In this document: piece after piece, positions 38,781 through 47,795 of the stretch
Numbering within the stretch: position 1 is the first letter of the stretch
How the letters are laid out: each line of letters opens with the position of its first letter
IMG/VR virus record: IMGVR_UViG_3300022833_000008
Direction: 5' to 3' (one strand)
Source of the DNA: an uncultured virus (IMG/VR IMGVR_UViG_3300022833_000008)
Lineage: Duplodnaviria; Heunggongvirae; Uroviricota; Caudoviricetes
Length of the DNA stretch: 64,000 bases
Made by a program: the position numbers and the translations under genes
Notes under the pieces: generated by a model
Database searches by the model: none
Seen by the model: only the letters and a program-made list of their open reading frames with translations
What the model was told of the DNA's origin: nothing

Positions 38781-39155
38781 ATGAATAAAGAACGCTTGAG
38801 TATCATTGCTGACTGGCTTGAAGCTGGGGGTGACAACAAAGACGGATACGGGTTTAACATGGAACATTGGCTTACTGAGGGTGTAACAGATTACACAGGG
38901 AGCAAATGTGGTACTGCAATGTGCATTGGTGGTGCAGCAGATACTTTCTTTGGTGGATATCAGGCCGAGTCACTGGGGTTAGGTAGCGCATACAAAGAGG
39001 GAACAAGGGCTGACCGATTGTGCCACCCTCGTGACATTGATATACTCTGGGATAGTATCACACCACAAGCAGCAGCTACGGTTGTACGTCACCTGATTAC
39101 ATTTGGTGTAGTAGACTGGCGTTTAGCAGAAGATCACATAGGAGAAGCCAAATGA
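38781..39155 (+). CDS. Hypothetical conserved phage protein
   Basis: FNM..W......CGTAMCIGG...ITPQAAATV.RHL..G.VDW. Confidence 0.65.
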   Translation: MNKERLSIIADWLEAGGDNKDGYGFNMEHWLTEGVTDYTGSKCGTAMCIGGAADTFFGGYQAESLGLGSAYKEGTRADRLCHPRDIDILWDSITPQAAATVVRHLITFGVVDWRLAEDHIGEAK

Positions 39156-39898
39156 ATACTGAACTAAAACATAAGGTAGGTGATACAGTTGTTATTACTG
39201 GTAATTTATCTGGCCACGGGTATAATATTGGTGATACAACAATCATTACCGAAATCGAATACGAATACAGTGAGTATATTGGTGCAGCAGACTGCGACAA
39301 TCAGCGCTGGTACCTTGAAGAAGGAGACTTTGTTTTATACGATGATAATAACTGTAAGGGGAGAAGCCAAATGAATACTGAACTAAAACATAGGGTAGGT
39401 GATACAGTTGTTATTACAGGTAATACGATTGGCCACGGGTATACCCTCGGTAAAGCCTTAGTTATTGCTAGTATTGACAAAAATGATTCACTTTACTATG
39501 GCCCTGCCGACTTTAAACATGGTCTCTCTTATTGTTTTGGTGACGACGACTGTGTTCTAAAGGTTGATAGCCAAGAAGGTGAGACTGTTAATTATAATGA
39601 TGGTAAATGGCATGAGTGGCATGGCGGTAGCAATCCCGTCCACCCTGAGTCTGAAGTACACTTCACATTAAGAGGAGGTAGTACGAATGGGCAAGGGGCT
39701 TTATCTGACGACTTAAGCTGGGATAAAAGTGGCAAGACAGCTATCGTCTTCTTCCGAGTATCTGAAGTTTACAAACGTCCTGAACCAAAAGAGTACTGGT
39801 TTGTTAAAGACTCAAATGAGTGTGAATACACAAAACTACCCGCTTATCCTGCAGGAAGTTGGGATGAAGTTATTCACGTAAAAGAAGTGGTAAAATGA
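39152..39898 (+). CDS. Modular hypothetical protein (2x KVGDTVVITGN + WHGG.NPV domain)
   Basis: Internal duplication including RBS and ATG at 39360-39373. Confidence 0.7.
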   Translation: MNTELKHKVGDTVVITGNLSGHGYNIGDTTIITEIEYEYSEYIGAADCDNQRWYLEEGDFVLYDDNNCKGRSQMNTELKHRVGDTVVITGNTIGHGYTLGKALVIASIDKNDSLYYGPADFKHGLSYCFGDDDCVLKVDSQEGETVNYNDGKWHEWHGGSNPVHPESEVHFTLRGGSTNGQGALSDDLSWDKSGKTAIVFFRVSEVYKRPEPKEYWFVKDSNECEYTKLPAYPAGSWDEVIHVKEVVK

Positions 39899-40095
39899 AA
39901 CTATTTATCGTTTACAATCCAGAAGACCACACCTACCTGACGCGTAGAAAAGTAAACAAAGATGAACAAGAAGGTTGGACTAAAGACTTTTCTAAATGCA
40001 AAGTTTTCAATTCTAAATCTGCAGCGTCTAACTCTGCTAGGTCAAACAGTAAGAAAGGGTCTATTGTAATTGAAGGCTCTTTTTATACAAAGTAA
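39895..40095 (+). CDS. Hypothetical protein
   Basis: ATGA overlap. Confidence 0.5.
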   Translation: MKLFIVYNPEDHTYLTRRKVNKDEQEGWTKDFSKCKVFNSKSAASNSARSNSKKGSIVIEGSFYTK

Positions 40096-40138
40096 GAAGC
40101 CAACAACAAAACAAACTTAAAAACAAGGATACTAAACT

Positions 40139-40339
40139 ATGACTGATCAAGTTGAAAACCAAAACGTAACTGACATGGATGAACTGCTAGAAGCAGCTTT
40201 TGATGAATTTATCTTGGAATACGAAATGGATATCGAAATGCCTATGCGAGACATTCTTTTTGAGTTCTTTGTAGGAGGTGTTGAGACTATGTTGGATGAT
40301 GATGATGATGATAGTGAAATAACTATTGACACTGAATAA
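40139..40339 (+). CDS. Highly acidic small protein
   Basis: Very high D/E content in 66 aa. Confidence 0.6.
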   Translation: MTDQVENQNVTDMDELLEAAFDEFILEYEMDIEMPMRDILFEFFVGGVETMLDDDDDDSEITIDTE

Positions 40340-40385
40340 TACTTAACTCGCTATAAAATAAACAAACGCTAAAAGGATTAATTGA

Positions 40386-40622
40386 ATGACATACTTAGTG
40401 ATAGGTAAAGCTAATTGTACATTTTGTACTAAAGCAGTGATTAAGCTAGAAAAAGAAAATCTCGAATATCTCTACGTTGATCTAGACTCAGTTGATGCTC
40501 TTAGTAACGCCCTATGGAAGTCTATTCTTGTAAAAAAACTTAACGTAAAAACAGTACCACAAATCTTTAAATTAATCGGCGGGTTTACAGACCTAGAAAG
40601 TGAACTAAACAATGACTCTTAA
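40386..40622 (+). CDS. Glutaredoxin
   Basis: CTFC active site, TVPQIF...IGGFTDL. Confidence 0.9.
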   Translation: MTYLVIGKANCTFCTKAVIKLEKENLEYLYVDLDSVDALSNALWKSILVKKLNVKTVPQIFKLIGGFTDLESELNNDS

Positions 40623-41061
40623 ACCAGTAGACGAAGCACCTAAACAAAACCGTGGTCGCCCTAAAGGTAGTACTGACGTTAAGACAACCAAAATTAAACT
40701 TAAGCCTACACCCAAGAACGCCAAAGAAGACTTCAAGAAGAAGTACCCTAACCTAGATACAATTGCTATCTACGGTGTAGATGAGTTCTCCGAAGAACTT
40801 ATCCGATACTTCTGGTCAGATATGACTAAAAACTTTGTATTAGCAGATCCAGTAGAACAACGTGCGGCAACTATGAACCGTAAAATCGGAGGACTTCCTT
40901 ACTCTCTCTATCGCTTTGAAATCATCAACCACATTAACTGGGTTGAGGGTGGAATGTTTGAAGTTATTGTTGTTGCAGAACAGTACTGGGAAGAGCTTAG
41001 TAAGCTACCTAACCCCTATAACACTGAACTCGTATGTCTCAGTGCTTGGAAGAAAAAATAA
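40612..41061 (+). CDS. Hypothetical protein with AT-hook-like RGRPK
   Basis: Translation. Confidence 0.6.
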   Translation: MTLKPVDEAPKQNRGRPKGSTDVKTTKIKLKPTPKNAKEDFKKKYPNLDTIAIYGVDEFSEELIRYFWSDMTKNFVLADPVEQRAATMNRKIGGLPYSLYRFEIINHINWVEGGMFEVIVVAEQYWEELSKLPNPYNTELVCLSAWKKK

Positions 41062-41309
41062 TGATTGATTATTTAATTTCACTTTCTATATGGGTTTCTC
41101 TTGGTCTTCTCCACATGCCTTTCTTCAAATATTGGGTGCTTCAAGATTCAAACTACACAGCCCAAGATAGAACCTTTGCTATTTTCTTCGGGAGCGTGTT
41201 TGGACCTTTTGCGTTATTAACTTCTATTTGGTGTATAGCATTAAGTAAACTCTTTAAAATAAAAGCTGCTAACCCTAAGAGTAAAATCATTATTAAAAGA
41301 AAAGGATAA
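41061..41309 (+). CDS. Small membrane protein
   Basis: Two hydrophobic segments. Confidence 0.5.
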   Translation: MIDYLISLSIWVSLGLLHMPFFKYWVLQDSNYTAQDRTFAIFFGSVFGPFALLTSIWCIALSKLFKIKAANPKSKIIIKRKG

Positions 41310-41312
41310 GTT

Positions 41313-41558
41313 ATGAAAACTAGCAAAACATCAACTACTAAACCTGTAGAAGATACTCGGGTTAAACGTAAAGAAGGTGATTTACTACGTTGTACTTTCC
41401 CTATGTCTCGTAACTATACTAAACATAAGCTTTATCGTGTACACCTCAACTCTGAAGGTTGGCGCTGTGTAATGGATGATCGAGGTTATGAAGACCTAAT
41501 TAGTTTAATGTTAACAGAGTTTGTACTTCAAGATAAAGACTCTTTGTATTTGGTCTAA
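41313..41558 (+). CDS. Hypothetical protein
   Basis: AAGGA RBS. Confidence 0.55.
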   Translation: MKTSKTSTTKPVEDTRVKRKEGDLLRCTFPMSRNYTKHKLYRVHLNSEGWRCVMDDRGYEDLISLMLTEFVLQDKDSLYLV

Positions 41559-41577
41559 CTATGCTATCACTACTATC

Positions 41578-41669
41578 ACTACAGTCACCCTTCAATCATT
41601 TCTTTTGACCACCCTTCGGGGTAGTTGAAGGGAGTGGTTGAAGGGTGACTGTAGTAATCTTTTTTTTTT
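41578..41669 (+). terminator. Very long intrinsic terminator (37-bp stem, cUUCGg loop, T10)
   Basis: 41578-41614 pairs with 41619-41655 (1 mismatch, 6 G.U); boundary between middle and late regions. Confidence 0.85.
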
Positions 41670-41712
41670 GAAATTATAACTACAACAAAACTCCTTAGTT
41701 TTATCAAATAAT

Positions 41713-41732
41713 AAATACCCGCAAATAATGAT
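41713..41732 (+). promoter_or_regulatory. Putative phage RNAP late promoter, motif A
   Basis: Exact copy directly after the long terminator. Confidence 0.85.
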
Positions 41733-42016
41733 AGGATGTGATGAGAAGGTACCTGTGGGGGTAGTGTCTTTAAATATTTCAGTATAAATAACCTTCCAGT
41801 ATTCTTATCCAGATAGAAGCTATAGTCTAGTTTTGTTAGAGTAGGAAATTCTAGTTAATAAAATAAAAGCTTTAACTACGTCTTTCTTTCTAAATGTCAT
41901 TAAATGTAATTAAAGTATACCACAAGAGTAGCAACTTCTCAACCGAAGTTTATAACAGTATTAAACTAGCTTTCTAAACTTAACAATAACAAGAACATAC
42001 AAAAGGTGTCACCCCA

Positions 42017-42271
42017 ATGCAAGATAATGGAAACTTTGCTTTAACACAGTTATACAAAGAGCAAGAAGATCTCAAACAAGATATTGACAAACTAAGAGAA
42101 CAACTACAAACTATTAAGCTAGAAGTAGCTAGTCTGACTACTCACTTAGGTATTGTCAAAGCTAAACTACAGTCCTTTGATAGTCTCATTGGCTGGGTTG
42201 TTAAGCTTTCTGCCGCTGCCGTTATTGGTGCGGCTATGACCTTTATCTTAAAGGGTGGTTTGTTGTCATGA
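42017..42271 (+). CDS. Coiled-coil plus C-terminal TM protein (XhlA/holin-like)
   Basis: Heptad pattern then WVVKLSAAAVIGAAMTFILKGGL. Confidence 0.55.
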   Translation: MQDNGNFALTQLYKEQEDLKQDIDKLREQLQTIKLEVASLTTHLGIVKAKLQSFDSLIGWVVKLSAAAVIGAAMTFILKGGLLS

Positions 42272-42384
42272 ACGAAGAACATAAACAGTTAGCAAAGCAA
42301 AACATTACTTCTGGAATAAAATGGGGACTTGCTATTTCTACTATCCCTTTTGTGTTACACTATGTGCTACAGTTTTTATTCTGA
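42268..42384 (+). CDS. 38-aa membrane peptide (not in ORF track)
   Basis: ATGA overlap; MNEEHKQLAKQNITSGIKWGLAISTIPFVLHYVLQFLF. Confidence 0.4.
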   Translation: MNEEHKQLAKQNITSGIKWGLAISTIPFVLHYVLQFLF

Positions 42385-42607
42385 GTTATACCTCTAATAG
42401 TACACTAACCATGACGTAAGAATTATACGCAGACTATCCCTGAAACGAACTATTTGAACTTTACTGTTTACTATAAACCTTTACTTTTCTTTGGGTTATA
42501 TTTTTATTGTTATATCTTGATGATAAGTAAGGAAATATTTTTGATATTTAAAGTGTACAGTTGTAAACTATTTCACAGAAGTCCAAAAACAACACAAGGA
42601 ATTAATT

Positions 42608-42856
42608 ATGCAAGAAGATACTTGGGGGTTCAATGTGACCTCTGAAAAAGAAGGTCTTGATACAATAGCTTCATCTTATGGCACGGATGCAGACGTAGAC
42701 TATGAGTATGGTCAAAGATTTACAATCGGTGGTGATGGTACTATTTACGCTCTTGTAGCAGGTGATATGGGTTACGAAGCTACTCACATTGCAATACCAA
42801 GAGATCACATTCTCGCTATGGTCGAAGACTGGCCGGAGTTTTCTAAAACAAACTAA
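42608..42856 (+). CDS. Hypothetical protein
   Basis: AAGGA RBS. Confidence 0.55.
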   Translation: MQEDTWGFNVTSEKEGLDTIASSYGTDADVDYEYGQRFTIGGDGTIYALVAGDMGYEATHIAIPRDHILAMVEDWPEFSKTN

Positions 42857-42876
42857 AAAGAATATAGGAGGTTACA

Positions 42877-43242
42877 ATGAGTAATCGAGGAAAGAATCTA
42901 GTAGGCGGTCGCAAACCCGGATCAGGTCGTCCAAAAGGATCTAAGAACATTAACGCTATGGCTTCTGTTAAGAAACTTGAAGCTCTTGGTTTTGATCCAA
43001 TTGAAGAAATGACGCGACTATACTTCGAGATCAGTACTAAGATCGAATCAGGGGAAGTTCGTAAAGGCTCTGGTGCTTATGCACAGTTGATCGCTACTCA
43101 AGGTACACTTATTAACAACCTTATGGCTTATGGTTACAAGAAAGTTCCTGAGAAGATTGAACAGGAGATTACTACTAAGAAGCCCATTGCTATTAAGTTA
43201 ACAATGCCTGTCAAGAAAGACAATAAAGATGACAACCCCTAA
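42877..43242 (+). CDS. Terminase small subunit (putative)
   Basis: GGRKPGSGRPKGSKN N-terminus; upstream of TerL. Confidence 0.7.
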   Translation: MSNRGKNLVGGRKPGSGRPKGSKNINAMASVKKLEALGFDPIEEMTRLYFEISTKIESGEVRKGSGAYAQLIATQGTLINNLMAYGYKKVPEKIEQEITTKKPIAIKLTMPVKKDNKDDNP

Positions 43243-43516
43243 AGACGCTCGTCTAACAAAAGCTGGTGTTAGTGGCTATAACAAGCCTAAGAGAACACCC
43301 AGTCATGCTACCAAGTCACATGTTGTTGTTGCTAAAGTCGGTAGTAAAGTTAAGACTATTCGCTTTGGTGCGCAAGGTGCTGTTGGTAGCCCTAAGACTG
43401 CTAATGAAACAACCTCTAACAAGAAGCGCCGTTTAGCGTTTAAAGCCCGACATGCAACTAACATTGCTAAGGGTAAAATGAGTGCTGCTTACTGGGCTAA
43501 TAAAGCTAAGTGGTAG
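43229..43516 (+). CDS. Basic conserved phage protein
   Basis: YNKPKRTPSH.TKSHVVVAK...IRFG.QG...FKARH...SAAYWA.K.KW. Confidence 0.7.
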   Translation: MTTPKDARLTKAGVSGYNKPKRTPSHATKSHVVVAKVGSKVKTIRFGAQGAVGSPKTANETTSNKKRRLAFKARHATNIAKGKMSAAYWANKAKW

Positions 43517-43539
43517 CCTAAAGTAGTATTGAGAATAGT

Positions 43540-44895
43540 ATGACAGATCAAGAAGAATATATCGATAACGAAGTAGTACTACATGAAGGACAGTCAGCGG
43601 TTATCTCTGATATGTTTGTTGACAATGTTGTACGCTATATGGTTGTCAACGCTTCCCGTGGTTTCGGTAAGTCAGTCTTAGGGGCCACTGCTGCTATGTT
43701 AGCAGTACAAGAACTTATTGACCTTCCAGCAGAAGTACCTAACAAGAATGTAGCTATCATTGCGCCTACTTATGCACAGGCTGTAGACATCTACTACCCT
43801 ATTGTAGCCTACATGCTAGGTGGGGAAGAAGCCGCTATCAAGTCCAGCAGGGTAGCGGGTATGTTTTGGTTCCCTAACAATGTAACCCTTAAGATTTGGT
43901 CCTATGAGGCCATTGAGCGTATGCGTGGTAGTGGTCAGTACTTTGTTGTAGCCGATGAGGTCTGTTCTTGGAAGGGTGCAGGTTCTAACTTAAAGGAATC
44001 TTGGGAGTCTGTTATTCAGCCCTGTATCTCTACACGTTGGTCTAAGAAGAACGCAGACCGTTGGGGTGCAAAACCCGGACGTGCTTTAATCATTAGCACT
44101 CCAATGGGCTATAACTACTTCCATGAAATGTATAACCGTCAAGATAGTGATGATCAGTGGAAGTCTTATACTTATACTTACACAGACTCTCCTTACTTAG
44201 ACCCAGAAGAAATTGAGAGAGTAAAGCTAACACTTGATCCTCTTAAGTTTGCTAGAGAGTATTCAGCGTCCTTTGAAGACTCCGGTAACACTGTATTCTA
44301 CACCTTTAATCGTGCAGAGCATATTGATAAAGACCTGCCTTACTTTGATGCTAAAGAAGATATCCATGTAGCTATTGACTTCAACGTCGGTATTATGGCT
44401 TCTGTTGCCTTTGCTCTCCGTGGTAATCAGATGCACATCTTAGACGAGTTTCAAGGACACCCTGATACAGAAACTCTAGCTAAACGTCTTGCTGAGAAGT
44501 ACAAAGGACACCGGATTATCTCTTATCCTGACCCTAGTGGTCGTGCTAGGAAGTCTTCTGCTGCTGTTGGTAGTACTGACTTCTCGATCCTTACTGCTAA
44601 TAAGATCATTACTAAAGCACACCAGAAAGCACCTCCTATCATTGATAGTGTAGCTGCTGTAAATAAGAAATTTAAGAACGCCAATGGTGATATCGACATG
44701 TATATTCACCCCCGATGTGTTAATACTATCAAATCTATTGAACGAACTACTTGGGTAGAGAGCAATCCCGACACAGCTACTATTTGCAAAAAAGAAGGTG
44801 TTGAACACTGGAGCGATGGTTTACGCTATGCTGTAGAATACTTGTTCCCTGTTCGTGGTGGTTCTAAACTCGTAACAAGAGGCTTCGGCTTCTAA
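43540..44895 (+). CDS. terL: Terminase large subunit
   Basis: ASRGFGKS Walker A, VVADE Walker B, ISTPMG, AIDFN, DGLRY nuclease motifs. Confidence 0.95.
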   Translation: MTDQEEYIDNEVVLHEGQSAVISDMFVDNVVRYMVVNASRGFGKSVLGATAAMLAVQELIDLPAEVPNKNVAIIAPTYAQAVDIYYPIVAYMLGGEEAAIKSSRVAGMFWFPNNVTLKIWSYEAIERMRGSGQYFVVADEVCSWKGAGSNLKESWESVIQPCISTRWSKKNADRWGAKPGRALIISTPMGYNYFHEMYNRQDSDDQWKSYTYTYTDSPYLDPEEIERVKLTLDPLKFAREYSASFEDSGNTVFYTFNRAEHIDKDLPYFDAKEDIHVAIDFNVGIMASVAFALRGNQMHILDEFQGHPDTETLAKRLAEKYKGHRIISYPDPSGRARKSSAAVGSTDFSILTANKIITKAHQKAPPIIDSVAAVNKKFKNANGDIDMYIHPRCVNTIKSIERTTWVESNPDTATICKKEGVEHWSDGLRYAVEYLFPVRGGSKLVTRGFGF

Positions 44896-44911
44896 CTTAA
44901 GGAATACTACT

Positions 44912-44983
44912 ATGCCAAGCGGAAAAGGTACTTACGGGAAAAAGGTAGGTCGCCCTACTAAAAAGAAACCCGTTAAGAAATAA
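44912..44983 (+). CDS. 23-aa basic peptide (not in ORF track)
   Basis: MPSGKGTYGKKVGRPTKKKPVKK with AAGGA RBS. Confidence 0.65.
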   Translation: MPSGKGTYGKKVGRPTKKKPVKK

Positions 44984-45004
44984 CAAACAAAGAAGGGAGT
45001 CGTT

Positions 45005-45376
45005 ATGGCTTTAATTGAATACAAACTCGATAACGACTCTCTATCTTTTAATCTTGAACTATCCAGAGTAGGGCCGCAGGGTATTAAGGGTGATATTGGT
45101 TCTACTCTTAAAGGCTATGCGTTCTTGGACTTTGGCACTCAAAGTAAGACAGCAGAGGTTGTTGTAACTAATGTCTCTACAGTCGCAGAAAACTCTGTAA
45201 TCTTACCTACTATGATAATAGAAAACACAGCTTATCACTCAGCTGATGAGTTACTTGTAGATCCCATTAGGCTAGCTGTTAAAGATATCGTAGCTGGTGA
45301 AGGTTTTACTATCTATGGTGAAATGGATAATGCAGAGGCTAACGGCATATACAAGATAAATTGGTCTTTATTATGA
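45005..45376 (+). CDS. Putative virion structural protein
   Basis: Short collagen-like GPQGIKGD; late region. Confidence 0.5.
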   Translation: MALIEYKLDNDSLSFNLELSRVGPQGIKGDIGSTLKGYAFLDFGTQSKTAEVVVTNVSTVAENSVILPTMIIENTAYHSADELLVDPIRLAVKDIVAGEGFTIYGEMDNAEANGIYKINWSLL

Positions 45377-45507
45377 GGAGCATAAATAATGACACCCGAA
45401 GAAATTAAAATATCTGAAGAACTAAGGGTTGTTCGTGCAGTTAAGACTGCTGCTATCCTTGTTCAAAATCAAAGAATTCTAGCTAACATGCACATGAGGA
45501 TAGAATA

Positions 45508-45720
45508 ATGAGCTTAGAAGATGACGTAACTAATCTAACACAACAAACAACAAACTTGCTCAACGTATTCCTTACTCAAAAAGAGAACGTTGGAAACCAA
45601 ATTAAAGTTGCTGTAGCTGAATCAGAAAATGCAGCCCAAGAGCCATTGATTTCCATGGCAGTAAATTTGATCGACACGCAGGTAATGCTTGTACAATTAT
45701 TAAGTAGGCAATCAACATGA
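45508..45720 (+). CDS. Putative fibre-associated protein
   Basis: MSLEDDVTNLTQQTTNLL helical N-terminus similar to the next gene. Confidence 0.5.
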   Translation: MSLEDDVTNLTQQTTNLLNVFLTQKENVGNQIKVAVAESENAAQEPLISMAVNLIDTQVMLVQLLSRQST

Positions 45721-46316
45721 CAATTGAAACACAAGTCGCAGCTTTGACTGCCTCTACTACCGCCCTAATTACTGCCGTTGGCGCACAACAAGTTACTGTT
45801 GATGACGCCATCTTGGCCTTTAACGCAGCTATTTTGACTGTTAACAACGACCTTAATAACGTTAACAACACAAGTGACGAGAATAAGCCAGTAAGTATAG
45901 CTCAACAAATTAAGTTTGACGAACTACAACCTACACTTGTATCTGGCGGAAACATCAGTACTATTAATGGTGTATCCGTACTAGAAGGCGGTGATCTAGT
46001 CATTGCCCGTAGCCCTACCTCTCTATCATCCTTGCCTTACGAATCCCGTGGCACTCTAGGCTACGACCCTGTAAGCCCTAACTTACCTAACGTAGTTGAT
46101 GACTCTGTAGTAGTAGAGGGTATTGGGTTATTCATGTGGGTTGATACTACTGATGAACCTGAAGACGATGAGACTTGCTTCACAACACCTTCGGGTCAGT
46201 GGCTGTTAGCTCAACCCGCCTTTGACTTTATAGAAGCTTACGCTTTGATAGAAAAATCTATTATTGACGAAGTAGTTGAAGACTTTTTGCTTTCTCGCCT
46301 TGTACACCCCCATTAA
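45717..46316 (+). CDS. Putative fibre protein
   Basis: NVNNTSDENKPVSIAQQ and LVSG.NI.TING motifs typical of fibre proteins. Confidence 0.6.
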   Translation: MTIETQVAALTASTTALITAVGAQQVTVDDAILAFNAAILTVNNDLNNVNNTSDENKPVSIAQQIKFDELQPTLVSGGNISTINGVSVLEGGDLVIARSPTSLSSLPYESRGTLGYDPVSPNLPNVVDDSVVVEGIGLFMWVDTTDEPEDDETCFTTPSGQWLLAQPAFDFIEAYALIEKSIIDEVVEDFLLSRLVHPH

Positions 46317-46335
46317 AATTCTAAGGAAATAACAC

Positions 46336-47772
46336 ATGTCTACACTACGCTCATTACGTCTACTTGGATCCGTTGAATCCGGCATAACACTCGGTCCTGC
46401 TTTCAACACTTTTCTACAAGATCCCGGTCGGCTGTCTGAATTTCACGTTCTAATGTCTATGCGCGGTCAAGCACGTCGTATGGCTGCTAGTACAACTTCA
46501 ATGACAGCTATTATGGCTTCTTCGATTGCGACTAACGCAGTGTTTGCTGATACAGACATTAATAACCCCATGGTAGCTAAAGCTATTGTTGCTAATCAAA
46601 CAGCTATCACAACTGTTTCTAACGACCCCGTGACACTTAACATTATCGGCACAAACCCTATTTCTTGGAGTCTGTTTAAGAATTCTCCTTGGTACGAGTC
46701 CCGTATTAAAGAAGTTGTAGCTAACCTTGCTGATCTAGAACCAACTGCTTATACAACTGCAAACGATATTGTAACTAACCCTAGTGCAGCTGCAAGTGTT
46801 GTTTCTTATCCACGCGCCATGTCCGCAGTTATTGCTAGTCCTCCTACCTTTACCGCAATGGCGGGAAATGCTGTTGCAATGGGTATCGTAGCTTCTGACG
46901 CAGTTGCTACAGGTATCGTGGCTAATGATTACTCGGCTATTAGCATTGCTAGTTCTTCAACAGAAGCTATGGATGAATTTGCAGGCTCTAATGTTGCCAT
47001 GCCAGTTCTTTCTGGTGCTGCTGGTGCTGTTCAAGCTATTGCCGCTAACCCTGCTGCTTGGCCTGTTTTCTTGGCATCACCTTACTTTGGTGCAAGTGAT
47101 AAGACTATCATGCTTAACCTTGTTGGTCTTGATCCGAGCGACTATAACTCCTTTAATGCTGTTATTGCTGATGCAAATGCTTTAGCTCTTGTAGCTGCGA
47201 ACACAGAAGCGGTACAAACTTTTGCAGGTAATTCTGGTGCAATGACTGCACTTACTGCAAGCGTTAACATTAGTGTTATCCTTGGTAGTGACGTTGCAAT
47301 GGGTGTTATTGGCACTGACACAGCAGCCATGACTAGCTTTATTAACACAACTTCAGCTATGGTACCTTTGCTTAATAGTTCTGCTGCTAAAGGCTTTATT
47401 GTTTCTTCTACACCTCTTGTAGATGCCGTTGCAGCTAATGCCGCTATGGTTTCTTACATGATTGCTAACGGTGTAAAGACAATCCCCGCATCATTACGCG
47501 CTAGTACTACAATAACTTCACAGCCCTTTGATGGTATCCCTAACAAAGTTATGCTGCTTAAGCTGCGTGCAAACAACATTGGCGCTATCCCCGGAACCTA
47601 TACTTTTGCTGGTAGCCCTGCTGCTGGTACTGGTGCAAGTGATGCTATTGCGCTTAAAGGTACTGTTATTGAAACTCGTGTTTCCGGTTATACAGACTTG
47701 TATTGGGGTGTTAGTGGTATTACCGTAACACCCGCAGTTTCTCCTGAAGTAACTTACTTTGACATGACTTAA
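46336..47772 (+). CDS. Ala-rich repeat protein (putative virion appendage)
   Basis: Periodic AM.A.A.S repeats and a duplicated NP..W..F..SP block. Confidence 0.6.
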   Translation: MSTLRSLRLLGSVESGITLGPAFNTFLQDPGRLSEFHVLMSMRGQARRMAASTTSMTAIMASSIATNAVFADTDINNPMVAKAIVANQTAITTVSNDPVTLNIIGTNPISWSLFKNSPWYESRIKEVVANLADLEPTAYTTANDIVTNPSAAASVVSYPRAMSAVIASPPTFTAMAGNAVAMGIVASDAVATGIVANDYSAISIASSSTEAMDEFAGSNVAMPVLSGAAGAVQAIAANPAAWPVFLASPYFGASDKTIMLNLVGLDPSDYNSFNAVIADANALALVAANTEAVQTFAGNSGAMTALTASVNISVILGSDVAMGVIGTDTAAMTSFINTTSAMVPLLNSSAAKGFIVSSTPLVDAVAANAAMVSYMIANGVKTIPASLRASTTITSQPFDGIPNKVMLLKLRANNIGAIPGTYTFAGSPAAGTGASDAIALKGTVIETRVSGYTDLYWGVSGITVTPAVSPEVTYFDMT

Positions 47773-47795
47773 TATAATTAGAAAGGAACTATAGC

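Noticed and set aside
37383..39898. Paralogous repeats as a diversity-generating retroelement
   Set aside because: No reverse transcriptase in the window and differences are not adenine-specific
42454..42645. 63-aa ORF before 42608
   Set aside because: TTG start without RBS in an AT-rich gap; probably spurious
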